Positions 24,601-36,760 of a DNA stretch of 64,000 bases are shown here, in pieces. Position 1 is the stretch's first letter. Each line of letters starts with the position of its first letter. Below the pieces are notes generated by a model that was given only the letters and a program-made list of their open reading frames with translations, was not told where the DNA came from and did not search any database. Source of the DNA: Mytilus edulis. Lineage: Eukaryota. The translations under genes were made by a program, and so were the position numbers. The stretch spans positions 83,576,001-83,640,000 of the forward strand of contig NC_092351.1 in NCBI RefSeq assembly GCF_963676685.1, given 5' to 3'.

Positions 24601-27600
24601 TACAATATCAAAGTAGTCTCCCAATCACAGATTCATGGACACATGATAACACAACCAAAATTCTTTTATTTTTTCAGTGCAATCTTAAAGCATTTCACTT
24701 TTGTTTGTGTGTTTTGTAAATTGGGGGCTTTGAAATATTTCGTTTCAGGTAAAAGTTAATCCAGAAAGTCTCTGATGTGCAAACATAAATGAAGTGTTAT
24801 TTTCATTGTTCACACTTGTTTGTCTTTCATAGAATATTACATTGCGCTAATTGAAATAACTTTGCATGAGAGTTTAAAGAATACAGAAGTATAAAAAAAA
24901 AAATTATTTCTATGCACGAGGAAACTACATGTACTTGAACAATTTTTTAGATTTTTTTCAGTAGCCACATTTGATAAATATTGTCCTTTCAATAGATTAG
25001 TAAAAGTATCTCTGAATACCCGCGTTGATTGCTGATAAAATTGTTGTAAATAGTTTAAAATGGAATTGTGAGGAGCACATGGATGATTCATCAATTCAAC
25101 GTTGTCTGTATGTCCCTAATGTAATGTTTTTGTATCCACACTACAGAAGAATAAGTTTCTGCAGTAATGCAGTTGAGTTACATAAGAGAGGGAAATATAC
25201 CAGAAGGACATTCATGTGGCAAATGTCGTTTGATTATGTTATTACAAACCCGTAAAAAAGTCTAATTCAGTAGAGCATATTCGATAAAACAGAACGGGAT
25301 TGTAGTTGCAACATAGGGCAAATATGATATATACATGAATCACAAATGTTGCTTTTGAGTGTCTTGTCCACCACAATGTGTGTCATCTCATTGTCTAGCT
25401 TGAATGTAATGTAATGATATGCCTTTTTCATTTTCAGCCGTTCAAATTCTTCTACGCATTCATTCGCTACTGTAACACCCTTAAACAATATTCATTAGAA
25501 TAAACATATTTTCTAATGTACTGTCATACATTAAAGTAAAAGAAAATACTTTGTGTTTGTAAATGAATGATATAGTTAGACTTTTATTATGGGTACAAAT
25601 ATTATCTTATAGTGTGGGATATGATTTTGTGCAGAAATTCGATTTTACTATACCATGATCAATAAATCAGAATGAGACTTTTAGAATTGAAGTTGGTATG
25701 TATCTGTTTATTTACTAAAGTGAAAGTGAATTTGTATACTAGTAATAAAGTAGCCTTGTTCAATTTTGAACCTCAAAAATAATGAAAAACGCTTTAATAA
25801 GAGATTGATAATACAATGCAATATTTTTTTAAATGCTTGTAAACAGTTTGGGTGAATTTTGTTAGGTCGAAGTAACAATACGGTATTTCTTTTTTATCTA
25901 TCATTTTCTCTCGGTCCGATATACTATAACCTTAATTGTGATATAGACTGGCAGTTGTTATCCAATTTTACATTATTATTGGTGAATTTATTTGTTCCGG
26001 TGAATTTTGTGAGAAAATCCACTTTTGATTTTACAAACTAGGGACTTCAAGGAGCCTGCGTCACTCATCTAATATTTTTGTTCACAATTGATGCATGAAA
26101 CAATGCAACAAAAAATCTTTTTTAAAGGAATATTTTAGGATAGAAAGGTTATCTGTCGTTTGATTTTAACTGCTTTTAACCTATTCATCATTTTAAGTTT
26201 TCATGGTTAAATCACAATTTTGCTGCTGTTTCATGAACATTAATTTTAAAGGTCTTTCCCCTACGTAAGGAAAGACCTTATTGTATCTCTAATGTTTTTT
26301 TTTTGTTTTTTTTACTTCCAGCATTTTTTTGGCACGCCCTCCTACCGTTCCTTTAAAGTTATCAATACCAAATTTGAACCATCAATAGACCTCACCATGA
26401 ACTTTTTTCTGATGAACTTTTGTAGGATTTCATCATCCCCTTTAGAAGTCATATCCCCTTATTGATGTTTTCAACATGCCCTCCTCGTTTTTTTTTTTAT
26501 CATGACCTTTTTTGACAATAATGTATTACCATATAAGGATCAATAGGATGTTATTGTCCCCTATGAGAGTTATACCCCCTTGAAACAATTTCTTTCTTTA
26601 GCATTTTTCTCAAAAATTATGAGAGATAAAATCGATTTGAAAAATTGTACAAAAACAGATGGCAATAAATAGTTTAATGCACATATACAATTATGAACCA
26701 TTATAAGGAGTTATTCCCTTTTAACAATTGTACACAATTTTAGAAAAATTGTATTTCCAGAACCGGAAATCTTAGAGACTTGGGACCTTCATAAATAATC
26801 GTTAAATTCATGTGACCTTTAATATGCACTTAATGTCAAAGGTTACAGAGTGCAAAATAGAAGTACGCTGCAATTTCAAGCCTACATATAAGGAAAACGA
26901 TAAGACTTTGCTGCATACATACAGCGTATAAAATGTTCCTCTCGACAAGCACTACATTTTATATAATAAGCCCAAAAAGTTTCAACCGTCTGTTCAAAAG
27001 TTACAATGGGATGATTCTTCAAAGTATATAGTATTTTATGTATATCTTTTTAAAGGTAACATATATCAACCTACTATAACCTGCAAAGATGATCAGTAAA
27101 TCAAGACCTTCAACGTGAGGTCACTTTCAAGTCACGATGAAATTTTACCTTGACCTTCACAGTATACTATGACCCTGACCTTGTGATATTTGAAAGGTCA
27201 AGTGGTCCTGGGTTGAATGGTGATAGTCCTATGTCTCTACCTATTCCGGTTCTCAAGTTTTGCTTTGCATCATACATTTCTATAATGGTCTCCTTCAACT
27301 GTTAATCATTTAGCATTTAACAGATACGAGATATCTATTATCGTTTAAGATATAATGCAGTTTGGAATTTTGTGAGCGGCGGCATGTATTTCTGAATCAA
27401 CAATAGTTTACCACTTAAAATGTGAAGAGGTTAACATAGTTATATGTTTGACGATATAACAAGAATATTCTATGGAAAAAAATACCATTGTGAACATTTG
27501 AAAATAAGTTGAATTGAGTTATTAAGTGCAAAAATCCAGAACAAGACGTTTTCGCATATCCAATGAAAGCTCATCTCTTCTATGTTTTATATATCATACC

Positions 27601-29866
27601 TCCGATTAGATCCCGAAAAGTAGGCGGATGGTCATAAAGTTTCAAAGGCCAAAAGTTTCAGAAGGTACACTTGTCGTATATCAAACGAAAGGTCATACAA
27701 AGAACATTACAAAAACATCACTTTTACAGGAAAGACCTTTCAATTGTTTTACAAACAATTTAGATACTAGTTATATATGTTTTTATATATATTAATCCTG
27801 GTAAAGGATCACCAAAGAAACTTTAAATTATTTTGCCATGTTTATTACAAGTTTTTCAATTGGTTGAAAGATATAGGAATATGTGGTATAAGTGCCAAGG
27901 TGATAACTCTCCATCCAAGTCACAATTTATTAAAAGTTAACCTTTATGGATCAAGGTAGGTCTTTAACACAGAGCCTTAGCTCGCACCATAATGCAAGCT
28001 TTAAATGGCACCCAAAATCACTAGTGTAAAACCGTTTAAACGGAAAAACCAACGGTCTAATATATGTATAAAAACGACCAAAGAGCAGAAAATAGCCGAA
28101 AGCAACTTTGTCTTGTCTACAGGATACCAACTGACATAATAAAAAATACCATGGTAGTAATATGTATCTGTTACATTTGATCTTAACTATACATACTGAA
28201 AAGTACAAATCTGATTTTTTTCACCTGAATATGTATAAACCATTCATACATGTGTTTCAAGTTATAAATAGAAAATGTGTTAAAATTCATCTGACACTTT
28301 TAAAAACTTAGTAAGTGTGTCTAATTTTCGAACTATATACATAAGCATTACTTTTTTTCAAATATCATACCAATACACTTGATGTGTTTTGTGAATCGAT
28401 TTTATGCTATGTTTATTGTAAAGGTCCTTAAATAAAACACATATATTTCATTTCATACAATTTATAGGTAATGCATGGATTTTATTGTTTTGGGCCAATA
28501 GAAACAAATTATATGAACAAACTGTATGAGTGTTACCAATTTCTACATTTAAGTAGTATTCGGACTTGGTCTACATTTTATTGACAATCAGAAAAGCAGT
28601 TATTCACCCGGTTTTGTATTGATACACCACGATATAATTTAAGTAAGTGCTGATGACCATAGTTGTTGCATTCGTCTTTGTCCATAAGTCTTTTTGTGGT
28701 AAAGTTGTCTTATTTACAAACACACCCTACTTTTGTCATAAAACAATGCACTAGTAAGACAAAGGGGGCGTATATCACAATCATGTTTGTTTTAAATAAA
28801 TAAAACATATGTATGTACAAATGTCTGAATTTTAAAGAAAACATGCAACAATGTGCGTGTGCCTTTCTGCATGAATATTTATCTATAATATTTTTTTATT
28901 CAATATTGAATACTCCGAAATCCATAATAAGATATAAACAAACCTGAGACTATAACAGCAATTACTCACCTATTTTTTGTTTATCTTTGATTATAAGTGA
29001 AACATATTGATCTGTAAATTTGCTTTCTTGATCTTCACTCGCCGGGATTCGAACCCCTGCTTCTGAGATATTGTGATACCAAATCGCCTGCACTGTACCC
29101 GTCCCACTAGATCACACGACCACCTGGGCTTCATAAAAATGAAGTTTTTGGTGGCCGGGTGTTACCTTTCCACGTTAGTTATAATCTAGCGTCGTACTAC
29201 AGTACATGATATATAAGGCAGGAAAATGTTATTCTTACAGATCAGCTTATAAATTAATTATCAAAAATACCAGGATTATAGTTTTATACGTCAGACGCGC
29301 GATTCGTCTACATAAGACTCATCAGTGACGCTCATATCAAAATATTTTAAAAGCCAAACAAATACCAAGTTGAAGAGCATTGAGGACCCAAAATTCCAAA
29401 AAGTTGTGCCAAATACGTCTAAGGTAATATATTCCTATCTATAGTAACATAAAGGATCCCACAAATTAATGTAGGATACAGTCATAGAAAATAATTATAT
29501 TTATAAGTACATCTGAGCCAATGACAACTCTACAACAAACTTATCCATCGGATCATCAGCAGTGATGGTGATACAGGGATGTGTACATTTTTGTATATAC
29601 AACTCGTCTAAACATCAACCCAACCATGTTCATGATGTTAGATCTGTAAACTTGCTTTTGCAATTTTTTTAGTCTTCTTTCGCCATGATTTGAACCCATG
29701 CTGCTGAGATATAATGACACCAAATCGCCTGCACTCTATCAAATGACTATGAAGACAACAAAAACAAAATAATCGAAGTATCATGTTGTAACAATTATAA
29801 CAATAGACCTAAGCTACTATTTAATGAAAATAATGAATGGATCATAGTAATACTCACCGTTGACAT
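21626..29866 (-). CDS. ADF/cofilin family actin-depolymerizing factor; coding exons 29866-29858, 25479-25344 (or -25335), 24349-24229, 21782-21626; probable non-coding exon donor at 31063
   Basis: Spliced protein MST|GVTVANECVEEFERLKMKKAYHYITFKLDNEMTHIVVDKT..|VAYKRFLQELVEVGDCRYAVFNAQW..KNNIVFFAW|SPEDSPAPHKMVYTTSKDYLKRAL..LQGT..EFDFKEV..*. GT-AG junctions are phase-consistent. Two candidate phase-1 donors exist for exon 2. Confidence 0.9.
26250..27772 (+). mobile_element. Helentron-associated interspersed element (HINE/DINE-1-like) in cofilin intron
   Basis: 5' hairpin GGTCTTTCC-CCTACGTAA-GGAAAGACC; 3' subterminal GGAAAGACC followed by the short palindrome AATTGTTT-TAC-AAACAATT and CTAGTT. 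Confidence 0.7.
29010..29740 (-). mobile_element. Pol III (tRNA-related) repeat, ~1.5 tandem copies, with a retrozyme fragment inserted (~29255-29440)
   Basis: Minus strand shows A-box-like GGTGGTCGTGTGATCTAG and B-box GGTTCGAATCCCGG. The same family is at 62862-63140. The nested hammerhead 29288-29331 has GAAA changed to GAAU. Confidence 0.65.
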
Positions 29867-31809
29867 TGCAAACGATACCGTGACGGTAATACACCAATTA
29901 AACAAATGTGGAAAGAAGAACGAATCTGAAATGAAATAAAACACCAGTTGTATAAACATAAATATGAATTAATAAAAAGGTTTTTCAAGAATAAATTTTA
30001 CTTTTTTGGACAGTCTACATCATAGTATAAAACCCTAAAAAAACAAGTATATTTTTAAAAACTTATTTAAACGTTATCATACTAAAGACGCCAAAGCAGA
30101 AGTCCGGATTATTATCAGTTAAGGACAAATTTAATTTTATATGATTTTAATCAAAAGGCTGCTGTTCAATTAATGCTTCAATTTTATCAATTTGAAAATC
30201 TTAAGGACATTATTTCAAAATAAGGCTTTTTTTAATATTCATATTGTCATTCCAGAACCTATATAATAAGCTTTTAACATCATAGTATCAACATCAATTA
30301 ATATGTATTTTTTTTTATGTCCATAAAGAGATAAAGAAAAATTATTACAAAAATACCAAACTTTAAGGTTAATCTGAACAGGGAAAGTCCATAAAAACTT
30401 ACATGTCCAACGCTATAAGGCAAAGGAACGACGCGTTGACAAACAACTTGCATACAAATTACTTGAACAATGCGTTTACTTCTTTTATAAACTTTAAATT
30501 TATTTGTTTTCAAAATTTGAAACAAAAATTATCTGAACTATTAATTGACAAAACAAATATTTTGGTCAAAGATTGATTTGTAATAACCATCCTCAACACA
30601 ACAACTGTTAAACAACTTTAACGAAACAGAAAACGCCGACATTTTGTACAAACCAGGTAAGCCAAACATTTCTAATTTAGCGAATAGAATGACAAATACT
30701 GATTTTCAAGATATTAACAATTATGAAATAAATATCCGTTTACAGAAGACATTTGGATTTCTTTCATCGTTTATGCTTTTATACTTTTCTGACAATGAAT
30801 AAATTTAATTGCCCTTTTAAAAAAAAAGAACTACATGATTGGTTATAATCGAATTTTCCTGTCAGTTTTATATCAAATTTTAGAATAGTTACTGTAGTGT
30901 TTTTTTTCTTTCTATTTCTTGCACAACAAAACATTACTTTTCTTTTATCACAAATTCGTTAAGTGTAATGATGTTTTGCCCAAGTTGATTTCTAAGTTTT
31001 GAATATTGTATTTGACAAAAAAAGGAAATAAGTTATAGGTTGTATAAAAAAAAAAATCTTACCTTGTCAAAGCCACGTAACAAAAACATGCTGTGCTGGT
31101 GTTTTTAAAGAAGTACCAGTTATAGTCGTTTGATAGACAGTTGGTAGACAAAGTGATGGCTTTTTTTAATTGAAAACTACCGACTAATCAAATTTTCGAT
31201 GCTTTTAAAAGATACAACTTTTATTGATTTTAAAACATGAAAGAAAAAGGAAGTTACTGTGGTGCAATACTTTAAAGATAAAAGTTATTGATGTGGTTGA
31301 AAATTAATGCTTGCACGTTTGGGAGCAATTTCAACTGTTTATGAATTTTAAAAGAACCCAAACGCCTCCGAATCTTATATCTTTAATAGAAATTGATTAG
31401 TGGGTATTGCAGCGTACACTTGCATTAAGATTAATTGAAAAGATTAATAATCAGCTCATGGTTCGAAGTGTACATACTATGTGACTTTTTACAATTTATA
31501 AATAAAAACGATTGATTTGTGACGCCGTTTAAGATACGCTGTTAAATTTTCAAGGACGTCAGACTGAAGTAAATAAAGTCGCCATCGGTAAATGCTCCGT
31601 GCACTAAAAACCACGAGAGGGAACGAGTACGATTTTTACGACATACAGTAAAAAAGTAATAAAACCTGAAAAATTCAAACTTTTGTTTATACAAATATCA
31701 ACAAAGAAACGAATATATATCTGTGATATTCATGACTTTATAAAAGCATTTATCTAAAGTGGAAACTTGTGTGTAAAAACTTTCAAGCTCACCAATTCTC
31801 AACATCAGC

Positions 31810-32230
31810 AGATCCAGCATATTGAGTATATGTGTCTCAACTGATACGTTTCTTTAGAGCTAGCTCAAAGTACGTTGATTCTGTTAAACGAGCAATACTG
31901 CTTTCTCAAAAGTTGCTGAGACGGGGCTATGAATCAATCAAATTAAGGTCATCACTCAAGAAATTTTACGGTCGCCATCATGAGCTGATTGGCCATAATG
32001 AAAAAAGTGTGTCAAAAATCATATCTGATATTCTTCTTCAGTCATAATGACCTTCCATTATTACCGAACTGAACACAGCAATAACTCGACGGATGCCGTA
32101 TACGGTACAGGAAATGCTTACCCTTCCAGAGCACCTGATTTCACTTCCGGTTTTTAGTCGAGTTCGTGTTGTTTCTTAATTAGTAGTTATAACTGTTGAT
32201 GTAAATAATCTTTGGTTTTGTGAGTCTTTG
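31810..32230 (+). mobile_element. Second, divergent Penelope/Naiad-like family: RT C-terminus + 3' region
   Basis: PAY*VYVSQLIRFFRASS..LLSQKLL..GY..IKLRSSLKKFYGRHHELI, followed by the shared TGCTTACCCTTCC.GAGCACCTGA 3' motif. Confidence 0.75.
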
Positions 32231-32884
32231 TTTACTCCTTAGTTTTGATTGTTATTGTCTTCACGGGAGTGTTTACGATTCCGGTTTATTAACAAAAGTT
32301 ATATTTATGACATATTCTATAGATTATTTAATTATATATACGTGTGACTGAATCAGAACAATATTCGATTGATTGGCACATGTTAATCTCTACTTTTTTT
32401 TATACTGGTGACAATTCATATTCTAATCCTTTGAAACATTAACTTTTATTGATGACAATTCGCTATTTAAACACATAAAATAAACTCTTATTGGAAGTTT
32501 ATAACACTAAAACAGATTTATTATCAAATTAGCTTTAAGATAAGGAGATCAAACAGAAAAGAAAGGATCATCCATCGTCAACTTTGCAAACACAATTTGC
32601 ATTACTTTTTATGGATAATTTAGAAATAAACAAGCGATTTACATAAATATTCAAACTCGTGTCCCGGGTTTAAAAATTATAAAAAATTTAAAAAATGCAT
32701 GAAATGAAAATATAATACATGAGTTAAAATCTGATCCAAAACGTGACAGGAGAAAGGAAATATAAAAGTAAGCTGACTGTATCCTTCACAATTATTAACA
32801 AATATAAAGCTAATTATGAAATAGTTGTAATAACATTCACCAGTTTTTCTGCACCAGATGCTTGTGGCCAAAATATTTTAAATT

Positions 32885-33243
32885 CAAAGTTGGTTGACTG
32901 TTATGGAATAACTGTTTCACAAATGATATCGGATATGTTCCTTACGTCGTAACGACAATTCCCTTCCCTTTCATGAATGTGACCTACCGAATTAGACTAT
33001 TTATCGGATTTGATATCACATAAGCAACACGATGGATGCCACATGTGCACTACTAACCTTTTCAGAGCACCTGAAATCCCTCCTAGTTTTTGGTGGGGTT
33101 CGTGTTGTTTATTCTTTGGTTTTCTATGTTGTGTCATGTGCACTATTGTTTGTCTTTTTTTTTTGTTTTTAGCCATGGCGTTGTCAGTTTGTTTTAGATT
33201 TATGAGTTTGACTGTCCCTTGGTATCTTTCGTCTCTCTTTTGT
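32885..33243 (+). mobile_element. Penelope/Naiad-like 3' fragment (older copies at ~17050-17210 and ~37440-37860)
   Basis: KLVDCYGITVSQMISDMFLTS* plus the same 3' sequence as 12352-12695 and 20429-20770, in opposite orientation. Confidence 0.75.
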
Positions 33244-33689
33244 ATAAAAGACGAAGAGACATTTAAAAGGTCCAAAAAGTAAAGCCGAAACGCAAATTAC
33301 CAATAGGTGGATATTGTTAAAAGATGATAATACAGTCTTGTTTATTTCAATATACTCAGCTGTATTGATTGTGTAGCAGAAATTAACTGTCATTTCAAAA
33401 TTATTTGTAGCATTCATGACGACATAAGCTTCAACAATAAAGTACACACTCTGGTAAATTAATGAAAACTTGATAGAAATCAAGTCTGCATGATCCTAGT
33501 AAACAAATAAAAGCTTTTACACCTCAATAAATTGATAAAAATAGGCATTCAATTCAAAAATAAAAACCCATACACTTGTGATGCTTTTCAAAAAAGAAGC
33601 GTAATGATGTTTACTAAGAAATAATTCATGGCAACTGTATATTTGTTTTCATTTAAAAATGAGTTTGGAATTATATTCGATTATTTTAC

Positions 33690-34350
33690 CCTGAGCGTTA
33701 GTGATTGGTATAACGTTTTTTTTTATAACCTGGCTGCAATTGATATACAGGACATCATTTTAGTAAGCTTTATCCCCCAACAGTGCAGTATACTACAGGT
33801 TTTCCTTGTGGTATTGTAGAGGTTGCTGGAACAAAGAGTCACATTTATTGCTAGGTTTACCAAGATATAGGTCAGGACTTGCCAAGAGACAGATTGCTGT
33901 ATTTTAATAATTTGCATACATGCGTTGTTCTTTGGAATCAGTGCCTTGGTAGTCTCGTTACTCAAGTCATAAGTCATCTTATTTTACTCATCAACCTTAT
34001 TGTCTTATCATTTCGTAACTTGTGCGAGTGAGGAGATGATGTCTTCTGCGCACACAGAGACGATAACCAAGAAGATCTTAATTTGTAAAGTAATAGAATC
34101 ATCGAGTCTAAATATTCCTCTTGAATATAAGGTTTAATATCCCCTTCTGAAATAGGCTTTTTGTGCACAGCTACATTTCGTCCGTCCCATTTTAGCATTT
34201 CAAATATTTCCATAAATACATGATAAGTTGTCATAAAGTCTGAGTCCTTCCTCCAACTGTTTTTCCCACAATAGGTGGAGAGAGTCAGATGTCTTGAAAT
34301 GGCTGCACGGATTTCGATAATCGATGACTTAGAATTATCCTGCCCTTTGT
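33690..34350 (-). pseudogene. Crypton-type tyrosine recombinase (DUF3504/ZMYM-QRICH1-KCTD1-related) remnant
   Basis: Minus strand reads KGQDNSKSSIIEIRAAISRHL...DSDFMTTYHVF...LKWDGRNVAVHKKPISEGDIK, later NETTK, GIKLTKMMSCISIAARL*KKRYTNH*R (decayed YTNHSxR catalytic motif). Stops and frameshifts present. Confidence 0.75.
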
Positions 34351-35541
34351 TTATTTGTTTGTTTGTATAAAACTTTTAGCCTGTTGTTCAATGTTGCCGT
34401 GTCTAAATGCTCAAAATATGTATAAAACTTGTTCTCAGATAACCAAAATAAGGTCTATAAGTTATAACAACAATTAAATTGAACTTGAATAACATGAATA
34501 AGGTAATGACTGGTATCAATTTAAGGGAGGGGGTGTGAATATGTTTTTATATTAATTTAGATTTTTGATGCAGAGCGCAACATCTGTTTCAATGGCAAAA
34601 ACTTGTTGATAGTCAGAAAACGGAACAAACTAATTTTTATTCTAAATAGAATGTTTAGGTGAAAATCATACCCCTCCACAGCTTTAAGTTCAACAGTCTT
34701 TGCCTTTTTAATTTGATCAATTCAAATATTTGATTCTTAACAGAATGTATGCGCATGTAAAGAGACGTCCTGAATATGTGTGAAATATTTGCCACTGAAC
34801 GTTCAACAACCAATAATCTATCAATGTAACGAGTTATTTGTTTGCAATAAATCACTTCGGATTGTTAAACTTGATTGCTTCGTCATCGACTATGCATGAT
34901 CTTCACAATAAGTTGCACATGCATGTATCACTTTATATTAACAATGTACAAAAAATGTATATACATTTGTACATATATTGTATTAATCACAATCACATGG
35001 TCATGGTTAAATTAAAACACATATATGGCTGTGATGAATATAGGATGATATTATATATGTTACGTTACAGTACCTTGTTTAAATGTTTTAAATGACCACA
35101 TAATTGATATTATTGTCAACACCGAAGTGCTGAATACTGGGCTGGTGATACCCTCGGGGACGAAACGTCCACCAGCAGTGGCATCGACCCAGTGGTGTAA
35201 ATAGTTATCAAAGGTAATAGGATTATAATTTAGTACGCTAGACGCGCGTTTCGTCTACATAAGACTCATCAGTGCCGCTCATATCAAAATATTTATAGGG
35301 CCAAACAAGTACGAAGTTGAAGAGCTTTGAGGATCCAAAATTCCAAAAGGTTGTGCCAAATACGGCTGAGGTAATCTATTCCTGGGATAAGAAAATCCTT
35401 AATTTTTCGAAAAGTTCAAGGTTTAGTAAACACTAAATTTATAAAAATGACCATATAATTGATATATATTCATGTCAACACCGAAGTGCTGACTACTGGG
35501 CTGGTGATACCCTCGGGGACGAAACGTCCACCAGCAGCGGC

Positions 35542-36659
35542 CAGGCGCGTAGCTGCCTATACGCTAGCACGCAGTTGCGTGCACATCGATTCAGCATGCA
35601 AAAAAAAAAAAATGGCAAAATAAAAATTTATAGATTGAATGTTAAAGGAAACACCTATGTTGTCACTTTTTGAATTGATGAAATATCATTAAATAACGGC
35701 ATTTGGTTTCAAAATAAAAGTTTCATTGGAGATTATGACAAAATCGGACAGTAACTTGTATCTTTTACTAGATTTGAATTTGTAATACTCAGTCTAAGAC
35801 ATGTAGTTTTTGGAGCATTTGTTACAGTGCACGGTTCATTAGTTTGGAATGAGATGTACCAATCGGCATAAGAGTTATCAGAACCCCTCGATATCGTTAA
35901 AAATATGTCGAGGCGATGTGGTCGACAGACTACCAGATCCAATCACCCTGCAAACACGCCAAAACAGTATTGGAAAGTCTCATTATTTTTTGCGTTCATA
36001 GACCATATGATATGATAAGGGAACTAGAGAGTGGAGTCGCGTCTAGTATTATCAGAAAATCGCACTTTTGCGCTGTATCTGCTCAATCGTGTTGTAAGAA
36101 ATATAACAAACGAAAAAATCTCAACATTATCTGAGACATACGAAACTGACCTGGCATGTGATTTTGACGAATTTAATTGGGAGGTCGCTCGATGCTGAAC
36201 ACGTACGCTGGTTCTGATGATAACATCTCGCGAGTGCTACCATGGAGATCTATCAGTGTACTAAGTATGTTGAAAACAAATGTACGATCAACAATGAACG
36301 ACAGTTACTAGCATTACTGCATATTCATCGGGATTTCAGTGTGAATATTGACAATTAAAGTAATACAGAAGTTTGTTTCTGCCTAGACCCGAAGAGCAGA
36401 TTTTGGACAATTTTTAGTAAATTCTGTATCACAAATATGTGTTGTTTATGTATTACTCTATTCAGAAGATTTATTAATAGTTTTACATTCATAATTTTTT
36501 TATAAGTCCTATCTACATATAGCTCCTCTTTTAACAGTCCTATGACCGAAAACCGAAAAAAAACCCAATTTTTCTGCATAAAAGGGTCCCAAAAAATTTT
36601 CGCCTCGCTCCGCTCGGTGGTAGTTGCTTGCACATCGTTTCTTTCTAGCTACGCCCCTG
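35542..36659 (+). mobile_element. Internally deleted hAT transposon, 5-bp TSD GCGGC
   Basis: TIR CAGGCGCGTAGCT / AGCTACGCCCCTG; GCGGC at 35537-35541 and 36660-36664. Remnant hAT dimerisation domain SISVLSMLKTNVRSTMND..LALLHIHRDFSVNID at ~36250-36357. Confidence 0.85.
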
Positions 36660-36716
36660 GCGGCATCGACCCAGTGGTGTAAATAGTTATCAAAGGTACC
36701 AGGATTATAATTAAGT

Positions 36717-36760
36717 ACGCCAGACGCGCGTTTCGTCTACATAAGACTCATCAGTGACAC
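36717..36760 (-). ncRNA. Minimal type I hammerhead ribozyme (best-paired copy in the array)
   Basis: GUGUCA-CUGAUGA-GUC(UUAUGUA)GAC-GAAA-C(GCGC)G-UC^UGGCGU; palindromic helix III ACGCGCGU. Confidence 0.85.

Noticed and set aside
29040-29130. Functional tRNA gene
   Set aside because: A/B boxes are present but there is no convincing cloverleaf or acceptor stem; it occurs as diverged repeat copies.
35135-35200. Plus-strand CTGGTGA...GAAAC in each retrozyme monomer, resembling a second, opposite-polarity hammerhead
   Set aside because: The core is CUGGUGA rather than CUGANGA, helix III/NUH geometry does not fit, and the sequence is better explained by the hairpin GGAC-GAAAC-GTCC within CTGGTG/CACCAG.
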